DNA from: Camelus dromedarius
Taxonomy: Eukaryota
Length of the DNA: 64,000 nucleotides
Assembly (NCBI RefSeq): GCF_036321535.1
Contig: NC_087436.1
Location: forward strand, 122,018,001-122,082,000
Direction: 5' to 3'
The position numbers and the translations under genes are program-made. The notes under the pieces were generated by a model. That model was not told the DNA's origin and searched no databases. It saw only the letters and a program-made list of their open reading frames with translations. Of the stretch, positions 46,266 through 58,684 are shown one piece after another. The first letter of the stretch is position 1; each line of letters starts with the position of its first letter.

Positions 46266-47087
46266 CTCTCTGGCTTCTAGTTCTTTCCATCACTGCGTTT
46301 TGCTCCCCTCCCCTCAGCCTCCATAGGGAGGTCCTCACCACCCTGCCCACAGCATCTGCTTTCTGGGCTAGCCAGCCGCCGCGACCCCACCATCACAGCT
46401 GCCTCCCTGGACGGTCACACCTGGAGATGAAGGTTGGGGTTGAGGTGGCAGCCACCCCCACCCTCACCTGTTTTCCAAGCCTATTGCTGCCAGCCTCAGG
46501 CTTCACCCTGGCTCTGGGGCTCATGGGGCTCTGTGCCAGCCAGGCGTCTCTTGTCAGGTGCCCTCAGCCCACCTCTGTGTGCCCATGCCCTTTGTGCACA
46601 GCAGCTGCTGGCTCTCAGGGCTTCACAGCAAGAAGCCCTCCTTGGACCTGTCCTCAGGGACCCTGGAACGTCCTGCTGTGCAGGGTTGGGGGTGAGATGG
46701 CATCGCCCCAGAAGAGGGCATCAGGGGAGGAAGTGCCCACCTTGAGTACCAGGAACTGGGGACCAGAATGGGGCTCTCCTGAGAGCCCGGGGCTGCCATG
46801 GTGGGCAAGCCACAGCATGTTGAGGTGGCTCAGTGAGACCTACTGGTGGGTTTTGGGGTGTCTGTGGGAGAGAACCTACAGGGACCCAGGGGGAATCAGT
46901 TCCCCCACCCTCCCCCAGCCGGAAGCAGTCCTCTGGCCTTGTACCTGTGTGAGCCCCCCAGGGACATCTCTAGAAAAGAAGGGAATTCCTACTGGGAGTG
47001 CAGCTCAGCCCTTGAGCTGAGGGACTGGGCATGAATGTACGCGGGGGTATTTGAATTCCCAATATTCCTATGATTTTAAATCATCCC

Positions 47088-47230
47088 TTTTTATTGAGGG
47101 CGTAAGTGCTCCAGGAGCTGCGCTAAGCACTTACTGTAGGTAATTAGCAACTGATGTCCTCAGGCTGGGCCCATCTCATAGACGGGTAACAGGCCCAGGG
47201 AAGGCTCCTGCCTTCCCCAGGTCACCTACT
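47088..47230 (-). mobile_element. MIR SINE remnant
   Basis: tttattgagggcgtaagtgctccagg..gctaagcacttac..cccatctcatagacgggtaacaggcccagggaagg..ccccaggtcac. Confidence 0.6.
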
Positions 47231-48999
47231 GGAGGGTGATGGCCCTGGGACCACACCTAGCCCAGTGGGAAGCCCCTCTGGCTGCCAAATGCCATCTCTG
47301 TACGTCCAACCTGGATTACAGCAAGCACCCCCGAAGTGGGACGCCTGCCTGGGTCTCAGCCCTCCTGCCCACGCTCTCCCTGGCACTCCTTGGGTGGTCT
47401 TGTTGCCCGTCACCTCCAGGGTCAAACCCAGGTGCCTGTGCTCTCCCCACTGCTGGGCCTTCCACTCAGCCCCCTCCCACCCTTGCTCCCTGCTGTCCCT
47501 CTGCCCCTCTGCACTCACCACCCCCCACCCCACAGCTCTGGTCGGTGACTCTTCTGGAAGATGGTTCCCGAGTCTCCTCCACCTGGTTTGATCACATCTT
47601 TGCTAGGGTTACGGCAACCCACAGTGGGTGCTGGGGTAATCGGGCTACTCGGGCAGGGCCCTTTTCAGGCTGTGTCCTTTCCTCCACTCCCACTCCTTCG
47701 CCAGGCCAGGCCCTCTGCACTAGCCTCACAGGGATCTTTCCAGAATGTAAATGGGATTACACCTCTCCCCTACTTCGTTTGCAGGGGCTCTCAGCCCCTC
47801 CTTCCTCATTGCCTTCTGCCTCCTCAGCCAGTCCCGAGGTGCTTTATGAGACCCCAGGCCCCTCTGTGCCCCCTTCCAGACAACCCTTTTTCCCTGTCCC
47901 CCCCACCCCACCCCCGTCAGGTCATCCAGGTCAGCTCCTGACCCCAGCCGCTCCTGAATTTGAGGACTGGGTTTCCACCTATGTCACGTGATTGTCAATG
48001 TGCCAGGAGACAAGCTCACTCTCCCCCCGCCCCCCGCCCCCCAGCCCCACGGTGTAAGGTGTACGCGGGGTGTTCTTCTGAACAGGAAGGTTAATAGAAG
48101 AGCAAGAAGAAGAGCCACTATCTTGCTCAGCTAGAAGCAGAGAATCACGCAGACTTGCTCTCTGGCCATCAGGCCCTGGGCGTCTGCCCTCAAGGTCGCG
48201 CTCTGCCCCTCCAGGTCCCAGGTTGCCTGAGCTCGCTGGCTTCTTCTATCCCCTGTGCACGAGGCTCCCTGCATCTGTCTCTTGCCCCCCGCTTGTCACT
48301 TCTGTTACTGCGGAGTCACTGCTCACACTGGGAGTGTCACTCCCCAACGTGAAGATCGGAGTCCCGTCACCATCACTGAAAACTACCTCCAAAAGCAGAT
48401 GCTCTTTAACATCAGACGGCAGTTCAATGTCTGAAAAGAAAACCTAAAATACTTTTTAATATCAATAGGATAAAAGAAAGGATTTCCACAGGAAGGAAGG
48501 AAACAACAAAAGCACGTGATGCTCACAGCTGTGTTCAGCCTATTTAGTCCTGCTGAGTCTCCTGGGCTTTCTCAGGGGTACTCATTCCTGGGTTCCCTTT
48601 ATCTTTTAACTCCGCAAGTTCCCCACTAAAACACTAGATGATTTTGATTGGAGGAAAGAAAGCTTGTCCTGGAAGTGTTATGTACTTGCTTTCCTAAATT
48701 GCAGGTGCAACCTCAAGTACAGAAATGCTCTAATAAGTCAAGTTTTCAAGGAATCATTTCTGAGTGTATAGTTAAACCTATAGTATTTGTCATTTGTACC
48801 CTGGGAGCTAATGCCATTTTGATGTTTATATTTTTATGGCTCTTTTTGGCCCCACAAACATCTCTCAAGCAAATAACTATGGTAGGTCAGCAATTCAGAA
48901 ATCACATGGAGAATTTGTGGGCCCAGGAAATGATGCAGGAGTCACTAGGAAGACTGGGCAGTGGGCTTCTAGCTCAGCCTCCTGTGCTGGGGCTTTCAC

Positions 49000-49400
49000 C
49001 CTCCCGCCCCTTAGGGATCTTTCTGTAAAGCAGCCCTTTTCTCTCTGGCATCTTCTGTCTCCTCTGAGTTCCTCCTCACAGTCTATAAATATCCCCAAGT
49101 TCCTCCCATCTTAAACAAAACAAAACCCAAACCCTCCCCCCAGCTCTGCATTCCCACCCCCTCATCTCACGTCCTCCTGCTGCTTTCTCTCTCTCTCCCT
49201 CCTTCTTTGCCTCCTCAGCAGAATTTCTTGAAGGCGCTGCCTGCTCAGCCTCCACTTCCTCCCTTTAAGCCGGCTGGGCTCCTGTCCCCGGCTGCATGCC
49301 CCCAACCCCGATACCCGTCCCCACGGTGGCCAAGGGAGTCTCCCCAGTCCAGGGGCTCCAACCTAGCCTCCCAGCTTACCAGAGGAACCAGCCTCTCCGG
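49000..49400 (+). mobile_element. LINE-2 remnant
   Basis: ctcccatcttaaacaaaac..ccctccc; gaatttcttgaagg..cctccacttcctcc are typical pyrimidine-rich L2 ORF2 motifs. A similar L2 piece lies at ~47700-47830. Confidence 0.6.
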
Positions 49401-50089
49401 GGTCCAGGCCCCTGGGTTCAGGCCAGGCACTGCTTTGAATTTTTTCTCCTGTAACGTTTGTTTTCCCCATCATTTTAGGCATACTGTCTTTTAGAAGAGG
49501 AGAATAAAAAATGAAACAAAATGAACAACGAATAGGAAGTAACTTCAAGTCAAGATTAATTCATGACGTCTGCCCCAGAACATTATTTTTTCTCTCCTTA
49601 AAAATATTACGGGAAATTATCCAGAACACGTCTGCCCTTCCAATGTCACACTAGACTAGGACATTAACTTAGCCACCCGAGGGCCATTTGATGCTGGGGG
49701 TGGGGAGGTACTATGTAGTAATGACCAGGGCCCCAACCTTGCACCTTTACATTCAGATGTAAACGTAGATTGGTAAGTTAAAAATGATTTTTGTCTGGTA
49801 GAGATGCAAATGAATTCTGTCCAATACAAAAGGTAACCCCAGCTCTGGGCATCGGCCAGATTTGACCTCATTTGAGCACCGCTTCTCTCACTGACCGCGC
49901 GCTTTCCGTTTCTGGCGTCCTCCGCGGACACCGTGCTTCATCTCGAGTTAAATACGTCTTTGACACTTGTCCACTCCGTGTTTGTATGAGTTAGTTTCAA
50001 CTTCTTAACGTTGTTCTTTGAAAATGGGCTTGTCAGGTGAGCGCTTGGGAACTAAGTGCGTTTGCAAAACAATGTTCCCGGTACCAGAC

Positions 50090-51010
50090 TGAGGCGAGCG
50101 AAGCACTAAGCCGAGAGGCTCCCACGGCGCGGCGCGCACCGCCCGGCTCCGCGAGCTCGCCCACGCCCACTCCGGGGCGGAGGGCGGGACGCAGAGGCCA
50201 CCGGGCCGGGTTCCCCGGCGCGCGGCCAGCGGCCGGCAGGGCCGGGCTGGCTCCGGTGCGCGCCCCGGACCCAGCCAGGCTGCCCGAGGGCCGGCCTTCA
50301 GAGAGAGCACCGGGAGGGACCTACACGCAGGGCGACCTCCAGCCCCACCCCGCCCCACGAGCGCCCCGCCCCCGCCCCTGCAGCAGGGAGCCAATCAGAT
50401 CGCTCCGTGCTGGTAGACGGCCCCCCAGGGATCCGCTCTCTCCGGCACCGCGCCTGCGCAGGCGGCCACCCCGCGGCCCAGCCTCGGCCTTCAGCGCGTG
50501 CGCGAAGGCGGCACTCCCGTGAGGCCGTGCGAGGCGCGGCGGCGGCGGGCTGTTGAGGGGCACGAACCGAGCTTCCTGAGGTGAGTGGCGCTGGCATCGC
50601 AGTTCTGGGCCTTACGGACGGTGAGGCTGTGGGAGCGGGAGCGGCATCGGTCACCGGCCTTCCTCTTCTTTCCGTGCGCGCCTGGGGACGTCTTTCAGGC
50701 GCTCGAGTCCCTGCCCGCGCGGCGCAGTCGCGGCCCTCAGGGCGAAGGGCCGGGGCCCGGGGCGGGGACGCCGGGGGGTTGGGGGCGCCGGGCGTGGGGC
50801 CCGCAGCTCCGGGCGGAAGGACCCGCCGGGCCCTGAGGCGCTGTTCGGCCGCGGGCGGACGCGGCCCAGGCCGGTGGGTCCCCGCCCGGGTCTGTGCAGT
50901 TTGTCTTGGACGCCGATTCGGCGGTTACCGTGACACGTTTTATTAACACGCATACGTGTCACCGCTGACTTGCACAAAGTCACACAGAGCGTGCCGCAGG
51001 CGTGCTGCTG
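50090..51010 (+). promoter_or_regulatory. HAUS3: HAUS3/POLN shared CpG-island promoter
   Basis: CpG island; GC boxes 50349-50378; AGCCAATCAG with CCAAT at 50391; NRF1-type GCGCCTGCGCA and GCGCGTGCGCG. Confidence 0.88.
50500..50580 (+). other. HAUS3: Non-coding first exon of HAUS3 (and POLN); 5' end approximate
   Basis: Strong donor GAG|GTGAGT at 50580/50581, just downstream of the promoter motifs. Confidence 0.75.
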
Positions 51011-51246
51011 AGCCCCTCATCTGTACCTCTTGTCCGCGTCACTGGAGTTCGCCTCGTGGATTCTTTAGTGGTCCGTTTGTTGAAAATAACGAAATGTCTG
51101 AGGTACTTCGTTTGATGACGGCTCAGGCCTTTGGTACGTCTCAAGCCGGGGGGAGTTTCTAAACCTGAGCCTGATTCCTCTGCGCTAGGTTAGTCGCGTC
51201 TGGATATTGGCCCTGCGCGAATGCGGGTGCTGATTGAGTCATCGAG
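50900..51246 (+). other. HAUS3: Probable second non-coding leader exon; acceptor uncertain
   Basis: Donor GAG|GTAAAT at 51246/51247. Candidate acceptors after tgtgcAG (50899) or near 50987/50999. Confidence 0.45.
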
Positions 51247-51791
51247 GTAAATATTTAGTTGTCTTTCTCAAAAAACTTACCATGTTTCTGTTTTTCCAGG
51301 AAGAACAGGTAAAAGAGGCCGCTAGGCACATGGTGGCTTGGATTTGTTTAGATCCATTTACTTTGAAATGAAAGCTGAACTGCTCTATAAAATATAATGT
51401 ATTCTAAACCACTTTATTTTTGGAAGAAATAAGATTTTCTTGTTAATTAGGATTTTGGTGCTGTTGCAGTGTTCTAGTTAAACCCTAGTTGTTTGTTTCT
51501 CTTTATCTTCATGAAACTTTACAGCTACAGCTACAGCTTCCTCTGGATTAGATAGTTCCCAACTTATCTTTTGACGTTTATCTGTACTTTTTTTAAAAAA
51601 TATGGTTGCCTTACTTGTGGTCTAATACTTGTCTTTTTTTCCTCTTTAGGAGAAATCATAGATTCTAAAAATATTTTCCCCCTTTCTCTATGGACTTAAC
51701 ATAAGATTAGTTTCGTTTTTATTTGGATTTGTTTTCTAAATACCGACAGCATAAAGCCTTATCAGTTACAAACAAATTGGGTAGTTAAACC

Positions 51792-52700
51792 ATGAGTTGT
51801 GGGAAAGAGTTTCTGGAAACATTAAAAAAAATTGCTTATCCCAAAGCTGATATTCTTAATGGGGAAGATTTTGACTGGTTGTTTGAGACTGTTGAAAATG
51901 AATCATTTTTGAAGTGGTTTTGTGGGAATGTGAATGAACAGAACGTATTGTCTGAAGAGGAATTGGAAGCTTTTAGCATTCTTCAAAAATCAGGCAAGCC
52001 CATCCTAGAAGGAGCAGCATTGGATGAAGTTCTTAAAACCTGTAAAACTTCTGATTTGAAGACACCTACTCTTAATGACAAAGAGCTAGAGAAACTAGAG
52101 GATGAGGTCCAAACTCTGCAGAAATTGAAGAACCTAAAAATTCAGCGACGTAATAAATGCCAGTTGATGGCTTCAGTAACTAGCCACAAGTCTGTGAGGT
52201 TGAGTGCTAAAGAAGAAGAAGCCACTAAAACACTGAAGCAGAGTCAAGGAATCCTAAATGCTACCAATGCTAAGATCAGTAATGAACTTCAGACACTTAC
52301 TGATGAAGTTGCAAAATTGATGATGTTCTTCAGACATTATCATTTGGGTCAGGGGACAAATCCACTGGTGTTTTTATCTCAGTTTTCCTTGGAAAAATAC
52401 CTAAGCCAAGAAGAGCAAAGCACAGCAGCATTAACCTTATATACCAAAAAAAAGTTCTTTCAGGGTATACATGAAGTAGTTGAAAGTTCAAATGAAGAAA
52501 ATTTTCAACTTTTAGATATACAAGCATCGTCTATTTGTGATAATCAAGAAGTTCTTGAGGAGAGACGACTGGAGATGGCCAGGCTGCAGCTAGCATACAT
52601 TTGTGCTCAGCATCAGTTAATTCACTTGAAAGCAAGTAATTTGAGCATGAAGTCAAGTATAAAATGGGCAGAGGAGAATCTTCATAGTCTCACTAGCAAG
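51792..52700 (+). CDS. HAUS3: HAUS3 (augmin subunit 3) first coding exon CDS; the exon itself starts at 51650
   Basis: accATG; MSCGKEFLETLKKIAYPKADILNGEDFDWLFE...WAEENLHSLTSK; acceptor cctctttAG|G 51649; donor AAG|GTAAAC; 909 nt. Confidence 0.98.
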
Positions 52701-53689
52701 GTAAACATGAGAAATGAAACTGGATTCATATTGAAATTGTTGTTAGTAGTGGAGGATATAATATTGATATTAAAGTACTTTAGAAAGGGGGATATAATAA
52801 GTAATTACATTTTCTTATTTTCTGTTTGTTCAGTTTTTAGTTGTGATACATATCATTGTTTCAGACAAATAGACCTTCGTATTAGTGGAGGGCAGAAATA
52901 ATAATTATGGTCCCAACCACATTATCTAGCTAATTTTAAACAAAAGTACTTTTGCATTCTGAATTTGAAATTTTTGTTGGTTCAGATACAGATGACACTG
53001 AAATCTCCTTTTTTATGATGTATGGGTAAAGAGTCTTATTGCTGTGTTATGGGTATTCTTCCTTGTTTGCTCTGACCAGAGGATGGTGCTAATGAAATTA
53101 GAGATCCTGATCAGTGGATTGGAACCCTGATTCTATTTTTGGGAACATTTGGTTGTATTATAGATATCTATCTGCATTGTTGCAAAGCTTGCTTTCTTGG
53201 TAATGTAACCACTAGAAAGTTGAGTAATAATACAACTTTTCTGAAACTGAAACCTGTAACTGACACAAACTTTGGAATGATGTATGAAGGCCTGTCATTC
53301 TGTCAAACTCCTAAAATCAGCAAATGGGCTAGGAGAATAGCTACTGAGGTTATTTTAATTTTAAGAAAAATTTAAATAGTATACATTAGCATTCAGTGAG
53401 TAGTGTGCTGATGATTTTTAATGAGTAAGACAAACATGACAAGATCTTTATTTTGGTAGCCATTACTGTGTAATAGTATTTTACCCAGTAGTAATAACAT
53501 TAAAATTTAGCAGTTCATACTGGCTTTACCCTTGGGTTAGTCCACACTTCCTTTTTAAACTGTAATTTTGGCTTTTGCTAGTATGGAATTAGTTTTATTA
53601 GTATCTTATCTGATAACCTAAAATGGAAAGTGAAAATAATTTTAAAACTATATAATTATAGTTTGAAATTTAATTGTTTCTTTGTGTAG

Positions 53690-54129
53690 GCTGTTGGCAA
53701 AGATAATTTGGATGCTAAAATTTCTGGCTTGAACAGTGAGATTCTGAAACTTGAAGAACAGATCACTCATATAAAAGACAAAAGTTTACCCGCTGTGGTG
53801 AAAGAGAATGCCCAGTTACTGAATATGCCAGTTGTAAAGGGAGATTTTGACCTGCAGATTGCTAAACAAGACTATTATACAGCAAGACAAGAGTTAGTTT
53901 TAAATCAGTTGATAAAGCAAAAGGCATCATTTGAACTTCTACAGTTATCGTATGAAATTGAATTGAGAAAGCACTGGGACATATATCGTCAACTTGAAAA
54001 CTTGGTTCAAGAACTTAGTCACAGTAATATGATGCTCCACCAGCGATTAGAAATGCTAGCAGACCCATCAGTATCTCCCAAGATAAATCCAAGGAATACC
54101 ATTGATACCAGGGATTATTCTACTCACAG
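53690..54129 (+). CDS. HAUS3: HAUS3 second coding exon
   Basis: tttgtgtAG|GCT; AVGKDNLDAKISGLNSE..LNMPVVKGDFDLQIAKQDYYTARQ..DYSTH(R); donor AG|GTATGC; 440 nt, phase 0-2. Confidence 0.98.
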
Positions 54130-54768
54130 GTATGCTTCATTGTTTCTTTAGTGAGTAATTATTTTTCCTTTGATTTTGTAAAGTACTAAAGAGAGGTTGA
54201 ACTAAAATTATGGAAGTTAAAAAAAAATTTGCACTCCACTTTTGGCCTTTCTGTTCTCTTCTTCCACCTTTCTGTTACGTGCTTCTATTTCCTTTTTAAC
54301 TTTTGCACTCTTTCATTCACGTTAAATCTGGAAGTAGCTGCTTTTTAGAGGTGAGGTGGATGGGTTGGAGGATTGAATATATACAATTATAAGGCTTTTA
54401 TTCATATTTAGGCACTATTATTTAGATGCTTTTAGATTTGGAACAGAAGTTTAACTGCAACAGGAAGTTTGAATACAGCTTGGTGTATAGTAAATAATGC
54501 TGAGCAGAGAATTGACTGCATCTGGAGAAGGCAGCAGTAGAGAGGGGAGAAGACTTCATTTTTGTGTGTAGTCAGGTGTATCAGCAAAGAATGTTAGCTC
54601 CCAATCTTTTTCTAGATGTCTAAGGAATTCAGTATGAGGATTCTGAAATTGGAGGCTAAAGTAGTCAAAGGACTCAAAAATCTGGATCCTACTCCTGATT
54701 TTTTTCTAGACTAGAGGAAAATCACTTAATCATTTTGTTTTCTTATTAATGAAATGAGAGGACATGGG

Positions 54769-54860
54769 TAGGGCTGCCTCGTTGCATGGTTTCAGACGGT
54801 GGCGTTGATGTCGTTATCTGTGTGAATGGTGCCCCCTGGAATTGTGTAGTTACATTCCAC
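54769..54860. mobile_element. MER91-like hAT DNA transposon remnant
   Basis: tagggctgcc.. end and gtgaatggtgccccctggaattgtgtag, the reverse complement of the recalled MER91 core tgcacaactccagggggcgccattcac. Confidence 0.6.
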
Positions 54861-55214
54861 AAGAATAAAATTGCCAGCCTTGGGCTTTGAGCCAGTTTTA
54901 GGACAACTGTTGCAACTTGTTAAAATAATTAAAATAATAGTGTTTTTTTTAATTCTAAGAAAAACAGCAGGCCCTTTTTGTCAGATATGTGTAGAAGATG
55001 CTGCCTCACATTTTTCCACTTACCTCATAGGGTTTTTCTGCCATTAATGTTTGAAGTGTTAAAGTGGTCTCATGGCTCATCAAGAATTTAACTTGTCAAG
55101 CAAATGTGAACATAACTGGAGTAGCAAGTTTACTGTTACTGTTTATATAGTTTATTATTTACTTTTTAAAACATTTTACATTGTTGTATTACTTACTTTT
55201 TTTTCTTTTAAGTA

Positions 55215-55345
55215 TCACAATCCTTTAAAATTAGGTAGGTATTAAGATGTGAAATTAAGTTTTAGAGGTTGACTTGACTTAGGTCTCACATAACAGCCAG
55301 AACTCAGAGCCAGGTCTTCTGTTTCTAGTTCATTGCTGTTTCTAG
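55215..55345 (-). mobile_element. MIR SINE remnant
   Basis: cacaatcct..aggtaggtatt..gaaattaagttttagaggtt..gacttaggtctcacat..agccagaactcagagccaggtcttctg. Confidence 0.65.
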
Positions 55346-55671
55346 TACATCTTAGTTTTGTTCTGTGAAAGAAGGATGTATCTCTGAAACGTACTTTGAA
55401 GTAGATTAATGGCAGTTAAAGTCAAAAAGGATTTTATGTCTAAAACTTGGGAGATGGAAAAACTGGGGATTCAGATACAATAATTAGAATATACATTTCT
55501 GTAAGAGATAGTATTTTAGTTGGAATATTTTTAGTTGCTTGATTTAGTAGCAGACTGATTAATATTTTTAAGTTGGTAGTGTCCTCAAAGATGCCTTAAT
55601 GTAGTGGATTATAATTTTGAAAAGTACTGACTTGAGAATTTTTTCCTATAATTTTTATTTTCACATTTTAG

Positions 55672-55900
55672 GCTTTATCAACTTTTAGAAGGAGAGAATA
55701 AGAAAAAAGAATTGTTTATAACCCACGGAAGCCTGGAGGAAGTGGCCGAGAAATTAAAACAGGATGTTTCTTTGGTACAAGAGCAGTTGGCAGTATCTGC
55801 TCAAGAACATTCTTTCTTTCTGTCCAAACTAAATAATGATGTAGACATGCTCTGTGATGCTTTGTATCAAGGAAGAAATCAGCTTTTGCTTAGTGATCAG
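55672..55900 (+). CDS. HAUS3: HAUS3 third coding exon (final coding exon not found in window)
   Basis: cacattttAG|G CTT TAT; LYQLLEGENKKKELFITHGSLEEVAEKL..NQLLLSDQ; donor CAG|GTGAGT; 229 nt, phase 2-0. Confidence 0.97.
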
Positions 55901-56065
55901 GTGAGTGCTTGCCATAGTAATTTAAAATGCTGTAAAAAATAATATTCATTGCAAAAGATACTAAAGAAAATGTTAACATGAGGAAAATATTACCCCCAAT
56001 CCCATTGCCCTAGTGTAGCGTTTATTTTTTTATATCTCGTTTTTGTTCACATACATATTTTTCAG

Positions 56066-57628
56066 TTTTTTTTTAACTTTTTTTTTATTGAGTTATAGTC
56101 ATTTTACAATGTGTCAAATTCAAGTGTAGAGCACAATTTTTCAGTTATACATGAACATACATACATTCATTCATTGTCACATTCTCTTTCACTGTGAGCC
56201 ACCACAGGATCCTGTATATATTTCCCTGTGCTACACAGTACAATCTTGTTTATCTATTCTACATTTTGAAATCCCAGTCTCTTCCCACCCCCCGTCCCCC
56301 TGGCAACCACAAGTTTGTATTCTATGTCTATGAGTCTGTTTCTGTTTTGTATTTATGTGGTTTTTGTTTTTTAGATTCCGCATATGAGCGATCTCATATG
56401 GTATTTTTCTTTCTCTTTCTGGCTTTCTTCACTTAGAATGACATTCTCCAGGAACATCCATGTTGCTGCAAGTGGCATTATGTTGTCGGTTTTTATGGCT
56501 AAACAGTATTCCATTGTATAAGTATACCATATCTTCTTTATCCAGTCATCTGTTGATGGACATTTAGGATGTTTCCATGTCTTGGCTATTGTAAATAATG
56601 CTGCTATGAACATTGGGGTGCAGGTGTCATTTTGAAGTAGGGTTCCTTCTGGATATGTGCCCAGGAGCGGGATTCCTGGGTCATATGGTAAGTCTGTTCG
56701 TCGTCTTTTGAGGAATCTCCGAACTGTTTTCCACAGTGGCTGCACCAAACTGCATTCCCACCAGCAGTGTAGGAGGGTTCCCTTTTCTCCAGCATTTGTC
56801 ATTTGTGGATTTTTGAATGATGGCCATTTTAATCGGTGTGAGGTGATACCTCACTGTAGTTTTGATTTGCATTTCTCTGATAATTACTGGTATTGAGCAT
56901 TTTTTCATGTGCCTATTGATCATTTGTATGTCTTCCTTGGAGAATTGCTTGTTTAGGTCTTTTGCCCACTTTTGGATTGGGTTGTTTTTTTCTTATTAAG
57001 TCGTATGAGCTGCTTATATATTCTGGAGATGAAGCCTTTGTCGGTTTCATTTGGAAAAATTTCCTCCCATTCCATAGGTTGTCTTTTTGTTTTACTTATG
57101 GTTTCCTTTGCTGTGCAGAAGCTTGTAAGTTTAATTAGGTCCCATTTGTTTATTCTTGCTTTTATTTCTATTTCTTGGGTAGACTGCCCTAGGAGAACAT
57201 TTTTGAGATGTATGTCAGATAATGTTTTGCCTATATTTTCTTCTAGGAGGTTTATTGTATCTTGTCTTATGTTTAAGTCTTTGATCCATTTTGAGTTTAT
57301 TTTTGTGTGTGGTGTAAGGGAGTGTTCTAGCTTCATTGCTTTACATGCTGCTGTCCAGTTTTCCCAACACCATTGGCTGAAGAGACTGTCTTTATTCCAT
57401 TGTATTTTCTTGCCTCCTTTGTTGAAGATTAGTTGACCAAAAGTTTGTGGGTTCATTTCTGGGCTCTGTATTCTATTCCATTGGTCCATATGTCTGTTTT
57501 TGTACCAGTACTATGCTGTCTTGATGACTGTAGCTCTGTAGTATTGTCTGAAGTCTGGGAGAGTTATTCCTCCAGCCTCTTTCTTTTTCTTCAGTAATGC
57601 TTTGGCAATTCTAGGTCTTTTGTGGTTT
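56066..57628 (-). mobile_element. Young 5'-truncated LINE-1, antisense in HAUS3 intron
   Basis: Poly-T tail at 56066-56087. Nearly intact ORF2 C-terminal peptides on the minus strand ([19 protein letters not shown]..; [24 protein letters not shown]). Confidence 0.95.
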
Positions 57629-58176
57629 CAAGTTTTGATCAGTGTACACAGAATTTTAAAAATTTATAAGATATGTCAGATGTGAAAGGATGTGTGATGT
57701 TTACACTGAGGATTCTTTTTTAACCCTGTATTTTTTTCACCTCTCTTAGTAAATATAGGATTGTCCTTATATCTGAAATTCTGTGTATGTTGAATAATAG
57801 CATGCTGCTCCTAATAGCATTCCCCTCTTCTTCAAGGAGTAACTACTACAATTAATTTTGTCGTTTGCTCTCTTGTTTATAACACAGACTGCATGTTATT
57901 TAGTTTTGTATGTTTCTGAAGTTAATATGCATTGTGTTGTATGAATTTTTCAGTAATCTGCTTGTTTCTTTATATGATTTTGAGATTCATCCATGTTGAT
58001 ATACGTAAAGCTATAGCTCATTTATAGTTATCTTTTGTATAGTTAGTATTTCCTTATATGAAATTCTACAATTTAATTATCTGTCCTATTGACAGATACT
58101 TAGATTATTTCCAGTTTTTGCCAATGTAGATCATACTGCTGTGGATAGTCTTGTATATCTCATAGATGCATACCTG

Positions 58177-58207
<31 letters not shown>

Positions 58208-58228
58208 GCACACACACACACACACACT
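58177..58228. repeat. (CG)n(CA)n microsatellite
   Basis: cacacgcgcgcgcacacacaca...; alternating purine-pyrimidine tract embedded in old L1 sequence. Confidence 0.95.
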
Positions 58229-58684
58229 CTCACCTCACTCAGAAGTGGAATTAGTGGATAACAGGTTCAGTTTTACAGGATACATCAAATTGATTCCAAA
58301 GTGGTTGTACCATATTGTACCAGCAGCATCTAAGGGATGCTATTTATCTACATCCTTTCCATCACTTAACATTGTGTGATTTATAAATTTCTCTCAATCT
58401 GTATATATATAAAATAATATCCCATTGTGGTTGTAATTTGCATTCCTCTGATTATTAGGGAGGTTGAACCCCCTTTCAGTAGGAGTTATTTATATGTTTC
58501 AAATGCCAGACCTTTGTCAGTTATTTGTGTTACATATATTTGCACCTTGTTTGTGGCTTTTTTCCCCCCTTTTTTACTGTTTGCTGTTCGGTTTTGGCTT
58601 TTTCAAAAGACTTTAATTTTAATGTCATTTATCACTCAAAGTTTGCCTGTAATATCATAATAATAGTCCATTTTACTTTATCTT

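Noticed and set aside
46079..47020. 313-aa ORF and similar 200-300 aa ORFs (6269..7153, 25737..26567, 35893..36651, 47236..47991)
   Set aside because: Pro/Gly/Ala/Arg-rich low-complexity translations expected in GC-rich DNA. No domain motifs, and overlapping ORFs occur in several frames.
48420..48930. AT-rich block and 126-aa ORF 48648..49028
   Set aside because: No recognisable protein or splice structure. It may be an old DNA-transposon remnant, but I could not assign it without a Dfam search.
52701..52901. C-terminal extension of the 369-aa HAUS3 ORF
   Set aside because: Read-through past the GTAAAC donor into the intron. The next exon joins in phase at 53690.
56371..57489. Reverse-transcriptase-associated ORFs as a novel retroelement or retrogene
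   Set aside because: Frameshifted C-terminal pieces of a standard 5'-truncated L1 ORF2.
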